DNA from: the human T2T-CHM13v2.0 reference genome, Homo sapiens
Assembly: GCF_009914755.1 (NCBI RefSeq)
Contig: NC_060937.1
Strand: one strand, 5' to 3'
Length of the DNA stretch: 64,000 bases
A program made the position numbers and the translations under genes. Below are positions 13,183 through 27,600 of this stretch, piece by piece. Below the pieces are notes generated by a model that saw only the letters and a program-made list of their open reading frames with translations, was not told where the DNA came from and made no database searches. The first letter of the stretch is position 1, and each line of letters opens with the position of its first letter.

Positions 13183-15671
13183 TCAAATATATATTATATG
13201 CTGCACATAAAATATCAAAGTACCCAAAGTATGTGTTATATACTGTACATAAAATATCAAAGTACCCAAAGTATATATTATATACTGTACATAAAATATA
13301 AAATACCCCAAATATATATTATATGCTGTACATAAAATATCAAAGTACACAAAATATGTATTATATACTGTACATAAAATACCAAAGGACCCAAAATATA
13401 TATTATATACTGTACATAAAATATCAAAATACCCAAAATATATATTATATACTGTACATAAAATACCAAAGAACCCAAAGTATATATTATATACCGTACA
13501 AAAAATATCAAAGTAGCCAAAATATGTATTATACACTGTACATAATATATGAAAGTACCCAAACATTTATAATAAACTGTACATAAAATATCAATGTACT
13601 CAAACTATATATTATGTGCGCTACATAAGATATCAAAGTACCCATACTATATAGTATATACTGTACTTAAAATATCAAAATACCCAAAATATATATTATA
13701 TACGTTACATAAACTATCAAATACACAAAGTATGTATTATATACTGTACATAAAATAGCAAAGTTCCCAAAATATGTATTATATACTGTACATAAAATAT
13801 GAAAGTACCCAACCATTTATAATAAAGTCTACATAAAATACCAACGTACCCAAACTGTGTATTATATACTGTCCATAAAATATCAAAGGACCCAAAATAT
13901 ATATCGTAAACTCTACATAAAATATCAAAGTAGCCAAAATACATATTGTATACTGTACATAAAATATAAAAGTACCCCAAATATATATTATATACTGTAC
14001 ATAAAATATCAAAGTAACCATAATACATATTATATACTGTACATAAAATATCAAAGGACCCAAAATAAACATTATATACTGTACATAAAATATCCAAATA
14101 CTCAAAATATATATTACATACTGTACATAAAATATCAAAGTACCCAAATTATGTATTATATACTGTACGTAAAATATCAGAGTACCCAAAATATGCATTA
14201 TATACTGTACATAAAATATGAAAGTAACAAAACATTTATAATAAACTGTACATAAAATATCAAAGTACTCAAACTATATATCATATACTGTACATAAAAT
14301 ATCAAAGTACCCAAACTGTGTATTATTACATACTGTATATAAAATATCAAAGTACCTGAAATATATATTGTATACTGTACATAAAATATCAAAGTACCCA
14401 AAATATATACTATATACTGTACATAAAATATGAAGGTACATCAAATATATATTATATCCTGTACATAAAATATCAAAGTACTCCTATTATATATTGTGTA
14501 CTGTACATAATATATTAAATCGCCCAAATATATATTGTATACTGTATATAAAATATGAAGGTACTTCAAATATATATTATATGCTGCACATAAAATATCA
14601 AAGTACCCAAAGTATGCATTACATACTGTACATAAAATATCAAAGTACACAAATTATATATTATATTCTGTACATAAAATATGTAGGTTCATCAAATATA
14701 TTTTATATTCTGTACATAATATATCAAAGTACATCAAATATATATTATATACGGTACATAAAATATCAAAGTACCCAAAATATGTACTATTTACTGTACA
14801 TAAAATATGAAAGTAACCAAACTTTTATAATAAACTGTACATAAAATATCAAAGTACTCAATCTACATATTATATACAGTATATAAAATATCAAAGTACA
14901 CAAACTGTATATTATATACTGTACATAATATATCAAAGTACCCAGAATATGTAGCATACTGTACATACAATATCAAAGTACCCAGAATGTATATTGTATA
15001 CTGTACATAAAATATGAAGGTACATCAAAGATATATTATATTCTGTACATAAAATATCAAACTACACCAAATATATATTATATGCTGTACATAATATATT
15101 AAAGTTGCCCATGTATACATTTTATACTGTACATAAAATATGAAGGTACATCAAATATATAGTATATGCTGCACATAAAATATCAAAGTACCCAAAGTAT
15201 GTATTATATACTGTACATAAAATATCAAAGTACCAAAAGTATATATTACCTACTGTAAATAAAATATGAAGATACCTCAAATATATATTATATTCTGTAC
15301 ATGAAATATCAAAGTACACCAAGTATATACTATATACTCTACATAAAATATTAAATTACCCAAAATATGTATTGTATTGTGTACATAAAATATGAAAGTA
15401 ACCAAACATTTATAATAAACTGTACATAAAATATCAAAGTACTCAAACTTTATATTATATACTGTACATAAAGTATCAAAGTACCCAAACTGTGTAGTAT
15501 ATACTGTACATAAAATATCAAGGTACCCAAAATGTATATTGTAAACTGTAGATAAAATATCAAAGTACCCAAAATATATATTATATACTGTACATAAAAT
15601 ATGAAGGCACATCCAATATATATTATATTCTGTACATAAAATATCAAAGTACACCAAATGTATATTATATA

Positions 15672-15965
15672 CTGTACATAAAATATAAAACTACCCCAAA
15701 TATATCTTATATACTCTACATAAAATATCAAAGTACCCAAAATATATATTATATACTGTACATAATATATCAAAGTACCCATAGTATGTATTATATCCTG
15801 TACATAAAATATGAAAGTACGTCAAATATATATTCTATTCTGCACATAAAATATCATATTGCACCAAATATATATTGTATACTGTATATAAAATATGAAG
15901 GTACTTCAAATATATATTATATGCTGCACATAAAATATCAAAGTACCCAAAGTATGCATTATATA
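15672..15965 (+). repeat. 294-bp optional block, copy 2
   Basis: Same diagnostic monomers; unit length 3307 = 3013 + 294. Confidence 0.88.
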
Positions 15966-18900
15966 CTGTACATAAAATATCAAAGTACCCAAAGTGTATA
16001 TTATATACTGTACATAAAATATGAAGGTTCATCAAATATATTTTATATTCTGCACATAATGTATCAAAGTACAGCAAATATATATTATATACTGTACATA
16101 AAATAACAAAGTAACAAAAATATGTATTATATACTGTACATAAAATATGAAAGTAACCAAATATTTATAATAAACTGTATATAAAATATCAAAGTACTCA
16201 AACTACATATTATATACAGTATATAAAATATCAAAGTACCCAAACTATATATTATATACTGTACATACTATATCAAAGTACCCGAATATATAGCATACTG
16301 TACATAAAATATCAAATTACCCAAAATATATATTGTATACTGTACATAAAATATGAAGGTACATCAAAGATATATTATATTCTGTACATAAAATATCAAA
16401 GTACACCAAATATATATTATATGCTGTACAGAATATATTAAAGTCGACCAAATGTATATTATATACTGTACATAAAATATGAAGGTACATCAAATATATA
16501 TTATATGCTGCACATAAAATATCAAAGTACCCAAAGTATGTGTTATATACTGTACATAAAATATCAAAGTACCCAAAGTATATATTATATACTGTACATA
16601 AAATATAAAATACCCCAAATATATATTATATGCTGTACATAAAATATCAAAGTACACAAAATATGCATTATGTACTGTACATAAATTATCAAAGGACCCA
16701 AAATATATATTATATAGTGTACATAAAATATCAAAATACCCAAAATATATATTATATACTGTACATAAAATACCAAAGTACCCAAAGTATATATTATATA
16801 CTGTATAAAAAATATCAAAGTAGCCAAAATATGTATTATACACTGTACATAATATATGAAAGTACCCAAACATTTATAATAAACTGTACATAAAATATCA
16901 ATGTACTCAAACTATATATTATGTGCGGTACTTAAGATATCAAAGTACCCATACTATATAGTATGTACTGTACTTAAAATATCAAAATACCCAAAATATA
17001 TATTATATACGTTACATAAACTATCAAATACACAAAGTATGTATTACATACTGTACATAAAATAGCAAAGTTCCCAAAATATGTATTATATACTGTACAT
17101 AAAATATGAAAGTACCCAACCATTTATAATAAACTCTACATAAAATACCAAAGTACCCAAACTGTGTATTATATACTCTCCATAAAATATCAAAGTACCC
17201 AAAATATATATTGTCAACTGTACATGAAATATCAAAGTAGCCAAAATATATATAGTATACCGTACATAAAATATAAAAGTACCCCAAATATGTATTATAT
17301 ACTGTACATAAAATATCAAAGTACCGATAATACATATTATATACTGTACATAAAATATCAGAGGACCCAAAATAAACATTATATACTGTACATAAAATAT
17401 CCAAATACTCACAATATATATTACATACTGTACATAAAATATCAAAGTACCCAAATTATGTATTATATACTGTACATAAAATATCAGAGTACCCAAAATA
17501 TGCATTATATACTGTACATAAAATATGAAAGTAACAAAACATTTATAATAAACTGTACATAAAATATCAAAGTACTCAAACTATATATCATATACTGTAC
17601 ATAAAATATCAAAGTACCCAAACTGTGTATTATTATATACTGTATATAAAATATCAAAGTACCTGAAATATATACTGTATACTGTACATAAAATATCAAA
17701 GTACCCAAAATATATACTATATACTGTACATAAAATATGAAGGTACATCAAATATATATTATATCCTGTACATAAAATATCAAAGTACACCTATTATATA
17801 TTGTGTACTGTACATAATATATTAAATCGCCCAAATATATATTGTATACTGTATATAAAATATGAAGGTACTTCAAATATATATTATATGCTGCACATAA
17901 AATATCAAAGTACCCAAAGTATGCATTACATACTGTACATAAAATATCAAAGTACACATATTATATATTATATAATGTACATAAAATATGAAGGTTCATC
18001 AAATATATATTATATTCTGTACATAATATATCAAAGTACATCAAATATATATTATATAGTGTACATAAAATATCAAAGTACCAAAAATATGTATTATATA
18101 CTGTACATAAAACATGAAAGTAACCAAACATTTATAATAAACTGTACATAAAATATCAAAGTACTCAATCTACATATTATATACAGTATATAAAATATCA
18201 AAGTACACAAACTGTATATTATATACTGTACATAATATATCAAAGTACCCAGAATATATAGCATACTGTACTTAAAATATCAAAGTACCCAAAATATATA
18301 TTGTATACTGTACATAAAATATGAAGGTACATCAAAGATATATTATATTCTGTACATAAAATATCAAAGTACACCAAATATATATTATATGCTGTACATA
18401 ATATATTAAAGTTGCCCATATATACATTATATACTGTACATAAAATATGAACGTACATCAAATATATAGTATATGCTGCACATAAAATATCAAAGTACCC
18501 AAAGTATGTATTATACACTGTACATAAAATATCAAAGTACCAAAAGTATATATTACATACTGTAAATAAAATATGAAGGTACCTCAAATATATATTATAT
18601 TCTGTACATAAAATATCAAAGTACACCAAGTATATACTATATACTCTGCATAAAATATTAAATTACCCAAAATATGTATTGCATTGTGTACATAAAATAT
18701 GAAAGTAACCAAACATTTATAATAAACTGTACATAAAATATCAAAGTACTCAAACTGTATATTATATACTGTACATAAAGTATCAAAGTACCCAAACTGT
18801 GTAGTATATACTGTACATTAAATATCAAGGTACCCAAAATATATATTGTAAACTGTAGATAAAATATCAAAGTACCCAAAATATATATTATATACTGTAC

Positions 18901-21900
18901 ATAAAATATGAAGGCACATCCAATATATACTATATTCTGTACATAAAATATCAAAGTACACCAAATGTATATTATATACTGTACAAAAAATATCAAAGTA
19001 CCCAAAGTGTATATTATATACTGTACATAAAATATGAAGGTTCATCAAATATATTTTATATTCTGCACATAATATATCAAAGTACAGCAAATATATATTA
19101 TATACTGTACATAAAATATCAAAGTACCCAATATATGTATTATATACTGTACATAAAATATGAAAGTAACCAAACATTTATAATAAACTGTACATAAAGT
19201 ATCAAAGTACTCAAACTACATATTATATACAGTATATAAAATGTCAAAGTACCCAAACTGTATATTATATACTGTACATAATATATCAAAGTACCCGAAT
19301 ATATAGCATACTGTACATAAAATATCAAGGTACCCAAAGTGTGTATTATACACTGCACATAAAATATGAAGGTACATAAAATATATATTGTATTCTGTAC
19401 ATAAAATATCAAAGTACTCCAAATATATATTATATGCTGTACATAATATATTAAAGTCGCCCAAATATATATTATATACTGTACATAAAATATGAAGGTA
19501 CATCAAATATATATTATATGCTGCACATAAAATATCAAAGTACCCAAAGTATGTGTTATATACTGTACATAAAATATCAAAGTACGCAAAGTATATATTA
19601 TATACTGTACATAAAATATAAAATACCCCAAATATATATTATATGCTGTACATAAAATATCAAAGTACACAAAATATGTATTATATACTGTACATAAAAT
19701 ACCAAAGGACCCAAAATATATATTATATACTGTACATAAAATATCAAAATACCCAAAATATATATTATATACTGTACATAAAATACCAAAGTACCCAAAG
19801 TATATATTATATACCGTACAAAAAATATCAAAGTAGCCAAAATATGTATTATACACTGTACATAATATATGAAAGTACCCAAACATTTATAATAAACTGT
19901 ACATAAAATATCAATGTACTCAAACTATATATTATGTGCGGTACATAAGATATCAAAGTACCCATACTATATAGTATATACTGTACTTAAAATATCAAAA
20001 TACCCAAAATATATATTTTATACGTTACATAAACTATCAAATACACAAAGTATGTATTATATACTGTACATAAAATAGAAAAGTTCCCAAAATATGTATT
20101 ATATATATTATAAATATGTACATAAAATATGAAAGTACCCAACCATTTATAATAAACTCTACATAAAACACCAAAGTACCCAAACTGTGTATTATATACT
20201 GTCCATAAAATATCAAAGTACCCAAAATATATATTGTAAACTCTACATAAAATATCAAAGTAGCCAAAATACATATTGTATACTGTACATAAAATATAAA
20301 AGTACCCCAAATATATATTATATACTGTACATAAAATATCAAAGTACCCATAATACATATTATATACTGTACATAAAATATCAAAGGACCCAAAATAAAC
20401 ATTATATACTGTACATAAAATATCCAAATACTCAAAATATATATTACATACTGTACATAAAATATCAAAGTACCCAAATTATGTATTATATACTGTACGT
20501 AAAATATCAGAGTACCCAAAATATGCATTATATACTGTACATAAAATATGAAAGTAACAAAACATTTATAATAAACTGTACATAAAATATCAAAGTACTC
20601 AAACTATATATCATATACTGTACATAAAATATCAAAGTACCCAAACTGTGTATTATTACATACTGTATATAAAATATCAAAGTACCTGAAATATATATTG
20701 TATACTGTACATAAAATATCAAAGTACCCAAAATATATACTATATACTGTACATAAAATATGAAGGTACATCAAATATATATTATATCCTGTACATAAAA
20801 TATCAAAGTACTCCTATTATATATTGTGTACTGTACATAATATATTAAATCGCCCAAATATATATTGTATACTGTATATAAAATATGAAGGTACTTCAAA
20901 TATATATTATATGCTGCACATAAAATATCAAAGTACCCAAAGTATGCATTACATACTGTACATAAAATATCAAAGTACACAAATTATATATTATATTCTG
21001 TACATAAAATATGTAGGTTCATCAAATATATTTTATATTCTGTACATAATATATCAAAGTACATCAAATATATATTATATACGGTACATAAAATATCAAA
21101 GTACCCAAAATATGTACTATTTACTGTACATAAAATATGAAAGTAACCAAACTTTTATAATAAACTGTACATAAAATATCAAAGTACTCAATCTACATAT
21201 TATATACAGTATATAAAATATCAAAGTACACAAACTGTATATTATATACTGTACATAATATATCAAAGTACCCAGAATATGTAGCATACTGTACATACAA
21301 TATCAAAGTACCCAGAATGTATATTGTATACTGTACATAAAATATGAAGGTACATCAAAGATATATTATATTCTGTACATAAAATATCAAACTACACCAA
21401 ATATATATTATATGCTGTACATAATATATTAAAGTTGCCCATGTATACATTTTATACTGTACATAAAATATGAAGGTACATCAAATATATAGTATATGCT
21501 GCACATAAAATATCAAAGTACCCAAAGTATGTATTATATACTGTACATAAAATATCAAAGTACCAAAAGTATATATTACCTACTGTAAATAAAATATGAA
21601 GATACCTCAAATATATATTATATTCTGTACATGAAATATCAAAGTACACCAAGTATATACTATATACTCTACATAAAATATTAAATTACCCAAAATATGT
21701 ATTGTATTGTGTACATAAAATATGAAAGTAACCAAACATTTATAATAAACTGTACATAAAATATCAAAGTACTCAAACTTTATATTATATACTGTACATA
21801 AAGTATCAAAGTACCCAAACTGTGTAGTATATACTGTACATAAAATATCAAGGTACCCAAAATGTATATTGTAAACTGTAGATAAAATATCAAAGTACCC

Positions 21901-22001
21901 AAAATATATATTATATACTGTACATAAAATATGAAGGCACATCCAATATATATTATATTCTGTACATAAAATATCAAAGTACACCAAATGTATATTATAT
22001 A

Positions 22002-22295
22002 CTGTACATAAAATATAAAACTACCCCAAATATATCTTATATACTCTACATAAAATATCAAAGTACCCAAAATATATATTATATACTGTACATAATATAT
22101 CAAAGTACCCATAGTATGTATTATATCCTGTACATAAAATATGAAAGTACGTCAAATATATATTCTATTCTGCACATAAAATATCATATTGCACCAAATA
22201 TATATTGTATACTGTATATAAAATATGAAGGTACTTCAAATATATATTATATGCTGCACATAAAATATCAAAGTACCCAAAGTATGCATTATATA
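22002..22295 (+). repeat. 294-bp optional block, copy 3
   Basis: Same diagnostic monomers; 6330 bp from copy 2. Confidence 0.88.
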
Positions 22296-25200
22296 CTGTA
22301 CATAAAATATCAAAGTACCCAAAGTGTATATTATATACTGTACATAAAATATGAAGGTTCATCAAATATATTTTATATTCTGCACATAATGTATCAAAGT
22401 ACAGCAAATATATATTATATACTGTACATAAAATAACAAAGTAACAAAAATATGTATTATATACTGTACATAAAATATGAAAGTAACCAAATATTTATAA
22501 TAAACTGTATATAAAATATCAAAGTACTCAAACTACATATTATATACAGTATATAAAATATCAAAGTACCCAAACTATATATTATATACTGTACATACTA
22601 TATCAAAGTACCCGAATATATAGCATACTGTACATAAAATATCAAATTACCCAAAATATATATTGTATACTGTACATAAAATATGAAGGTACATCAAAGA
22701 TATATTATATTCTGTACATAAAATATCAAAGTACACCAAATATATATTATATGCTGTACAGAATATATTAAAGTCGACCAAATGTATATTATATACTGTA
22801 CATAAAATATGAAGGTACATCAAATATATATTATATGCTGCACATAAAATATCAAAGTACCCAAAGTATGTGTTATATACTGTACATAAAATATCAAAGT
22901 ACCCAAAGTATATATTATATACTGTACATAAAATATAAAATACCCCAAATATATATTATATGCTGTACATAAAATATCAAAGTACACAAAATATGCATTA
23001 TGTACTGTACATAAATTATCAAAGGACCCAAAATATATATTATATAGTGTACATAAAATATCAAAATACCCAAAATATATATTATATACTGTACATAAAA
23101 TACCAAAGTACCCAAAGTATATATTATATACTGTATAAAAAATATCAAAGTAGCCAAAATATGTATTATACACTGTACATAATATATGAAAGTACCCAAA
23201 CATTTATAATAAACTGTACATAAAATATCAATGTACTCAAACTATATATTATGTGCGGTACTTAAGATATCAAAGTACCCATACTATATAGTATGTACTG
23301 TACTTAAAATATCAAAATACCCAAAATATATATTATATACGTTACATAAACTATCAAATACACAAAGTATGTATTACATACTGTACATAAAATAGCAAAG
23401 TTCCCAAAATATGTATTATATACTGTACATAAAATATGAAAGTACCCAACCATTTATAATAAACTCTACATAAAATACCAAAGTACCCAAACTGTGTATT
23501 ATATACTCTCCATAAAATATCAAAGTACCCAAAATATATATTGTCAACTGTACATGAAATATCAAAGTAGCCAAAATATATATAGTATACCGTACATAAA
23601 ATATAAAAGTACCCCAAATATGTATTATATACTGTACATAAAATATCAAAGTACCGATAATACATATTATATACTGTACATAAAATATCAGAGGACCCAA
23701 AATAAACATTATATACTGTACATAAAATATCCAAATACTCACAATATATATTACATACTGTACATAAAATATCAAAGTACCCAAATTATGTATTATATAC
23801 TGTACATAAAATATCAGAGTACCCAAAATATGCATTATATACTGTACATAAAATATGAAAGTAACAAAACATTTATAATAAACTGTACATAAAATATCAA
23901 AGTACTCAAACTATATATCATATACTGTACATAAAATATCAAAGTACCCAAACTGTGTATTATTATATACTGTATATAAAATATCAAAGTACCTGAAATA
24001 TATACTGTATACTGTACATAAAATATCAAAGTACCCAAAATATATACTATATACTGTACATAAAATATGAAGGTACATCAAATATATATTATATCCTGTA
24101 CATAAAATATCAAAGTACACCTATTATATATTGTGTACTGTACATAATATATTAAATCGCCCAAATATATATTGTATACTGTATATAAAATATGAAGGTA
24201 CTTCAAATATATATTATATGCTGCACATAAAATATCAAAGTACCCAAAGTATGCATTACATACTGTACATAAAATATCAAAGTACACATATTATATATTA
24301 TATAATGTACATAAAATATGAAGGTTCATCAAATATATATTATATTCTGTACATAATATATCAAAGTACATCAAATATATATTATATAGTGTACATAAAA
24401 TATCAAAGTACCAAAAATATGTATTATATACTGTACATAAAACATGAAAGTAACCAAACATTTATAATAAACTGTACATAAAATATCAAAGTACTCAATC
24501 TACATATTATATACAGTATATAAAATATCAAAGTACACAAACTGTATATTATATACTGTACATAATATATCAAAGTACCCAGAATATATAGCATACTGTA
24601 CTTAAAATATCAAAGTACCCAAAATATATATTGTATACTGTACATAAAATATGAAGGTACATCAAAGATATATTATATTCTGTACATAAAATATCAAAGT
24701 ACACCAAATATATATTATATGCTGTACATAATATATTAAAGTTGCCCATATATACATTATATACTGTACATAAAATATGAACGTACATCAAATATATAGT
24801 ATATGCTGCACATAAAATATCAAAGTACCCAAAGTATGTATTATACACTGTACATAAAATATCAAAGTACCAAAAGTATATATTACATACTGTAAATAAA
24901 ATATGAAGGTACCTCAAATATATATTATATTCTGTACATAAAATATCAAAGTACACCAAGTATATACTATATACTCTGCATAAAATATTAAATTACCCAA
25001 AATATGTATTGCATTGTGTACATAAAATATGAAAGTAACCAAACATTTATAATAAACTGTACATAAAATATCAAAGTACTCAAACTGTATATTATATACT
25101 GTACATAAAGTATCAAAGTACCCAAACTGTGTAGTATATACTGTACATTAAATATCAAGGTACCCAAAATATATATTGTAAACTGTAGATAAAATATCAA

Positions 25201-25832
25201 AGTACCCAAAATATATATTATATACTGTACATAAAATATGAAGGCACATCCAATATATACTATATTCTGTACATAAAATATCAAAGTACACCAAATGTAT
25301 ATTATATACTGTACAAAAAATATCAAAGTACCCAAAGTGTATATTATATACTGTACATAAAATATGAAGGTTCATCAAATATATTTTATATTCTGCACAT
25401 AATATATCAAAGTACAGCAAATATATATTATATACTGTACATAAAATATCAAAGTACCCAATATATGTATTATATACTGTACATAAAATATGAAAGTAAC
25501 CAAACATTTATAATAAACTGTACATAAAGTATCAAAGTACTCAAACTACATATTATATACAGTATATAAAATGTCAAAGTACCCAAACTGTATATTATAT
25601 ACTGTACATAATATATCAAAGTACCCGAATATATAGCATACTGTACATAAAATATCAAGGTACCCAAAGTGTGTATTATACACTGCACATAAAATATGAA
25701 GGTACATAAAATATATATTGTATTCTGTACATAAAATATCAAAGTACTCCAAATATATATTATATGCTGTACATAATATATTAAAGTCGCCCAAATATAT
25801 ATTATATACTGTACATAAAATATGAAGGTACA

Positions 25833-27600
25833 TCAAATATATATTATATGCTGCACATAAAATATCAAAGTACCCAAAGTATGTGTTATATACTGTACAT
25901 AAAATATCAAAGTACGCAAAGTATATATTATATACTGTACATAAAATATAAAATACCCCAAATATATATTATATGCTGTACATAAAATATCAAAGTACAC
26001 AAAATATGTATTATATACTGTACATAAAATACCAAAGGACCCAAAATATATATTATATACTGTACATAAAATATCAAAATACCCAAAATATATATTATAT
26101 ACTGTACATAAAATACCAAAGTACCCAAAGTATATATTATATACCGTACAAAAAATATCAAAGTAGCCAAAATATGTATTATACACTGTACATAATATAT
26201 GAAAGTACCCAAACATTTATAATAAACTGTACATAAAATATCAATGTACTCAAACTATATATTATGTGCGGTACATAAGATATCAAAGTACCCATACTAT
26301 ATAGTATATACTGTACTTAAAATATCAAAATACCCAAAATATATATTTTATACGTTACATAAACTATCAAATACACAAAGTATGTATTATATACTGTACA
26401 TAAAATAGAAAAGTTCCCAAAATATGTATTATATATATTATAAATATGTACATAAAATATGAAAGTACCCAACCATTTATAATAAACTCTACATAAAACA
26501 CCAAAGTACCCAAACTGTGTATTATATACTGTCCATAAAATATCAAAGTACCCAAAATATATATTGTAAACTCTACATAAAATATCAAAGTAGCCAAAAT
26601 ACATATTGTATACTGTACATAAAATATAAAAGTACCCCAAATATATATTATATACTGTACATAAAATATCAAAGTACCCATAATACATATTATATACTGT
26701 ACATAAAATATCAAAGGACCCAAAATAAACATTATATACTGTACATAAAATATCCAAATACTCAAAATATATATTACATACTGTACATAAAATATCAAAG
26801 TACCCAAATTATGTACTATATACTGTACGTAAAATATCAGAGTACCCAAAATATGCATTATATACTGTACATAAAATATGAAAGTAACAAAACATTTATA
26901 ATAAACTGTACATAAAATATCAAAGTACTCAAACTATATATCATATACTGTACATAAAATATCAAAGTACCCAAACTGTGTATTATTATATACTGTATAT
27001 AAAATATCAAATTACCTGAAATATATATTGTATACTGTACATAAAATATCAAAGTACCCAAAGTATGCATTATATACTGTACATAAAATATCAAAGTACC
27101 CAAAGTGTATATTATATACTGTACATAAAATATGAAGGTTCATCAAATATATTTTATATTCTGCACATAATATATCAAAGTACAGCAAATATATATTATA
27201 TACTGTACATAAAATAACAAAGTAACAAAAATATGTATTATATACTGTACATAAAATATGAAAGTAACCAAATATTTATAATAAACTGTATATAAAATAT
27301 CAAAGAACTCAAACTACATATTATATACAGTATATAAAATATCAAAGTACCCAAACTATATATTATATACTGTACATACTATATCAAAGTACCCGAATAT
27401 ATAGCATACTGTACATAAAATATCAAATTACCCAAAATATATATTGTATACTGTACATAAAATATGAAGGTACATCAAAGATATATTATATTCTGTACAT
27501 AAAATATCAAAGTACACCAAATATATATTATATCCTGTACAGAATATATTAAAGTCGACCAAATGTATATTATATACTGTACATAAAATATGAAGGTACA
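25833..27600 (+). repeat. Truncated higher-order unit (1768 bp) carrying a 1549-bp deletion junction at ~27039-27062
   Basis: The ACCTGAAAT monomer is followed directly by AAGTATGCATTATATA...CCCAAAGTG, skipping the equivalent of 20733-22281. Confidence 0.87.

Larger units (their letters stand above)
14020..26815 (+). repeat. Near-perfect tandem duplication, period 6330 bp
   Basis: Rare variants are shared at a 6330 offset: ACTTTTATAA (14821/21151), ACAATATATA (17411/23741), AGTACGCAAA (19581/25911). ORF translations are identical across the block. Boundaries are approximate. Confidence 0.85.
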
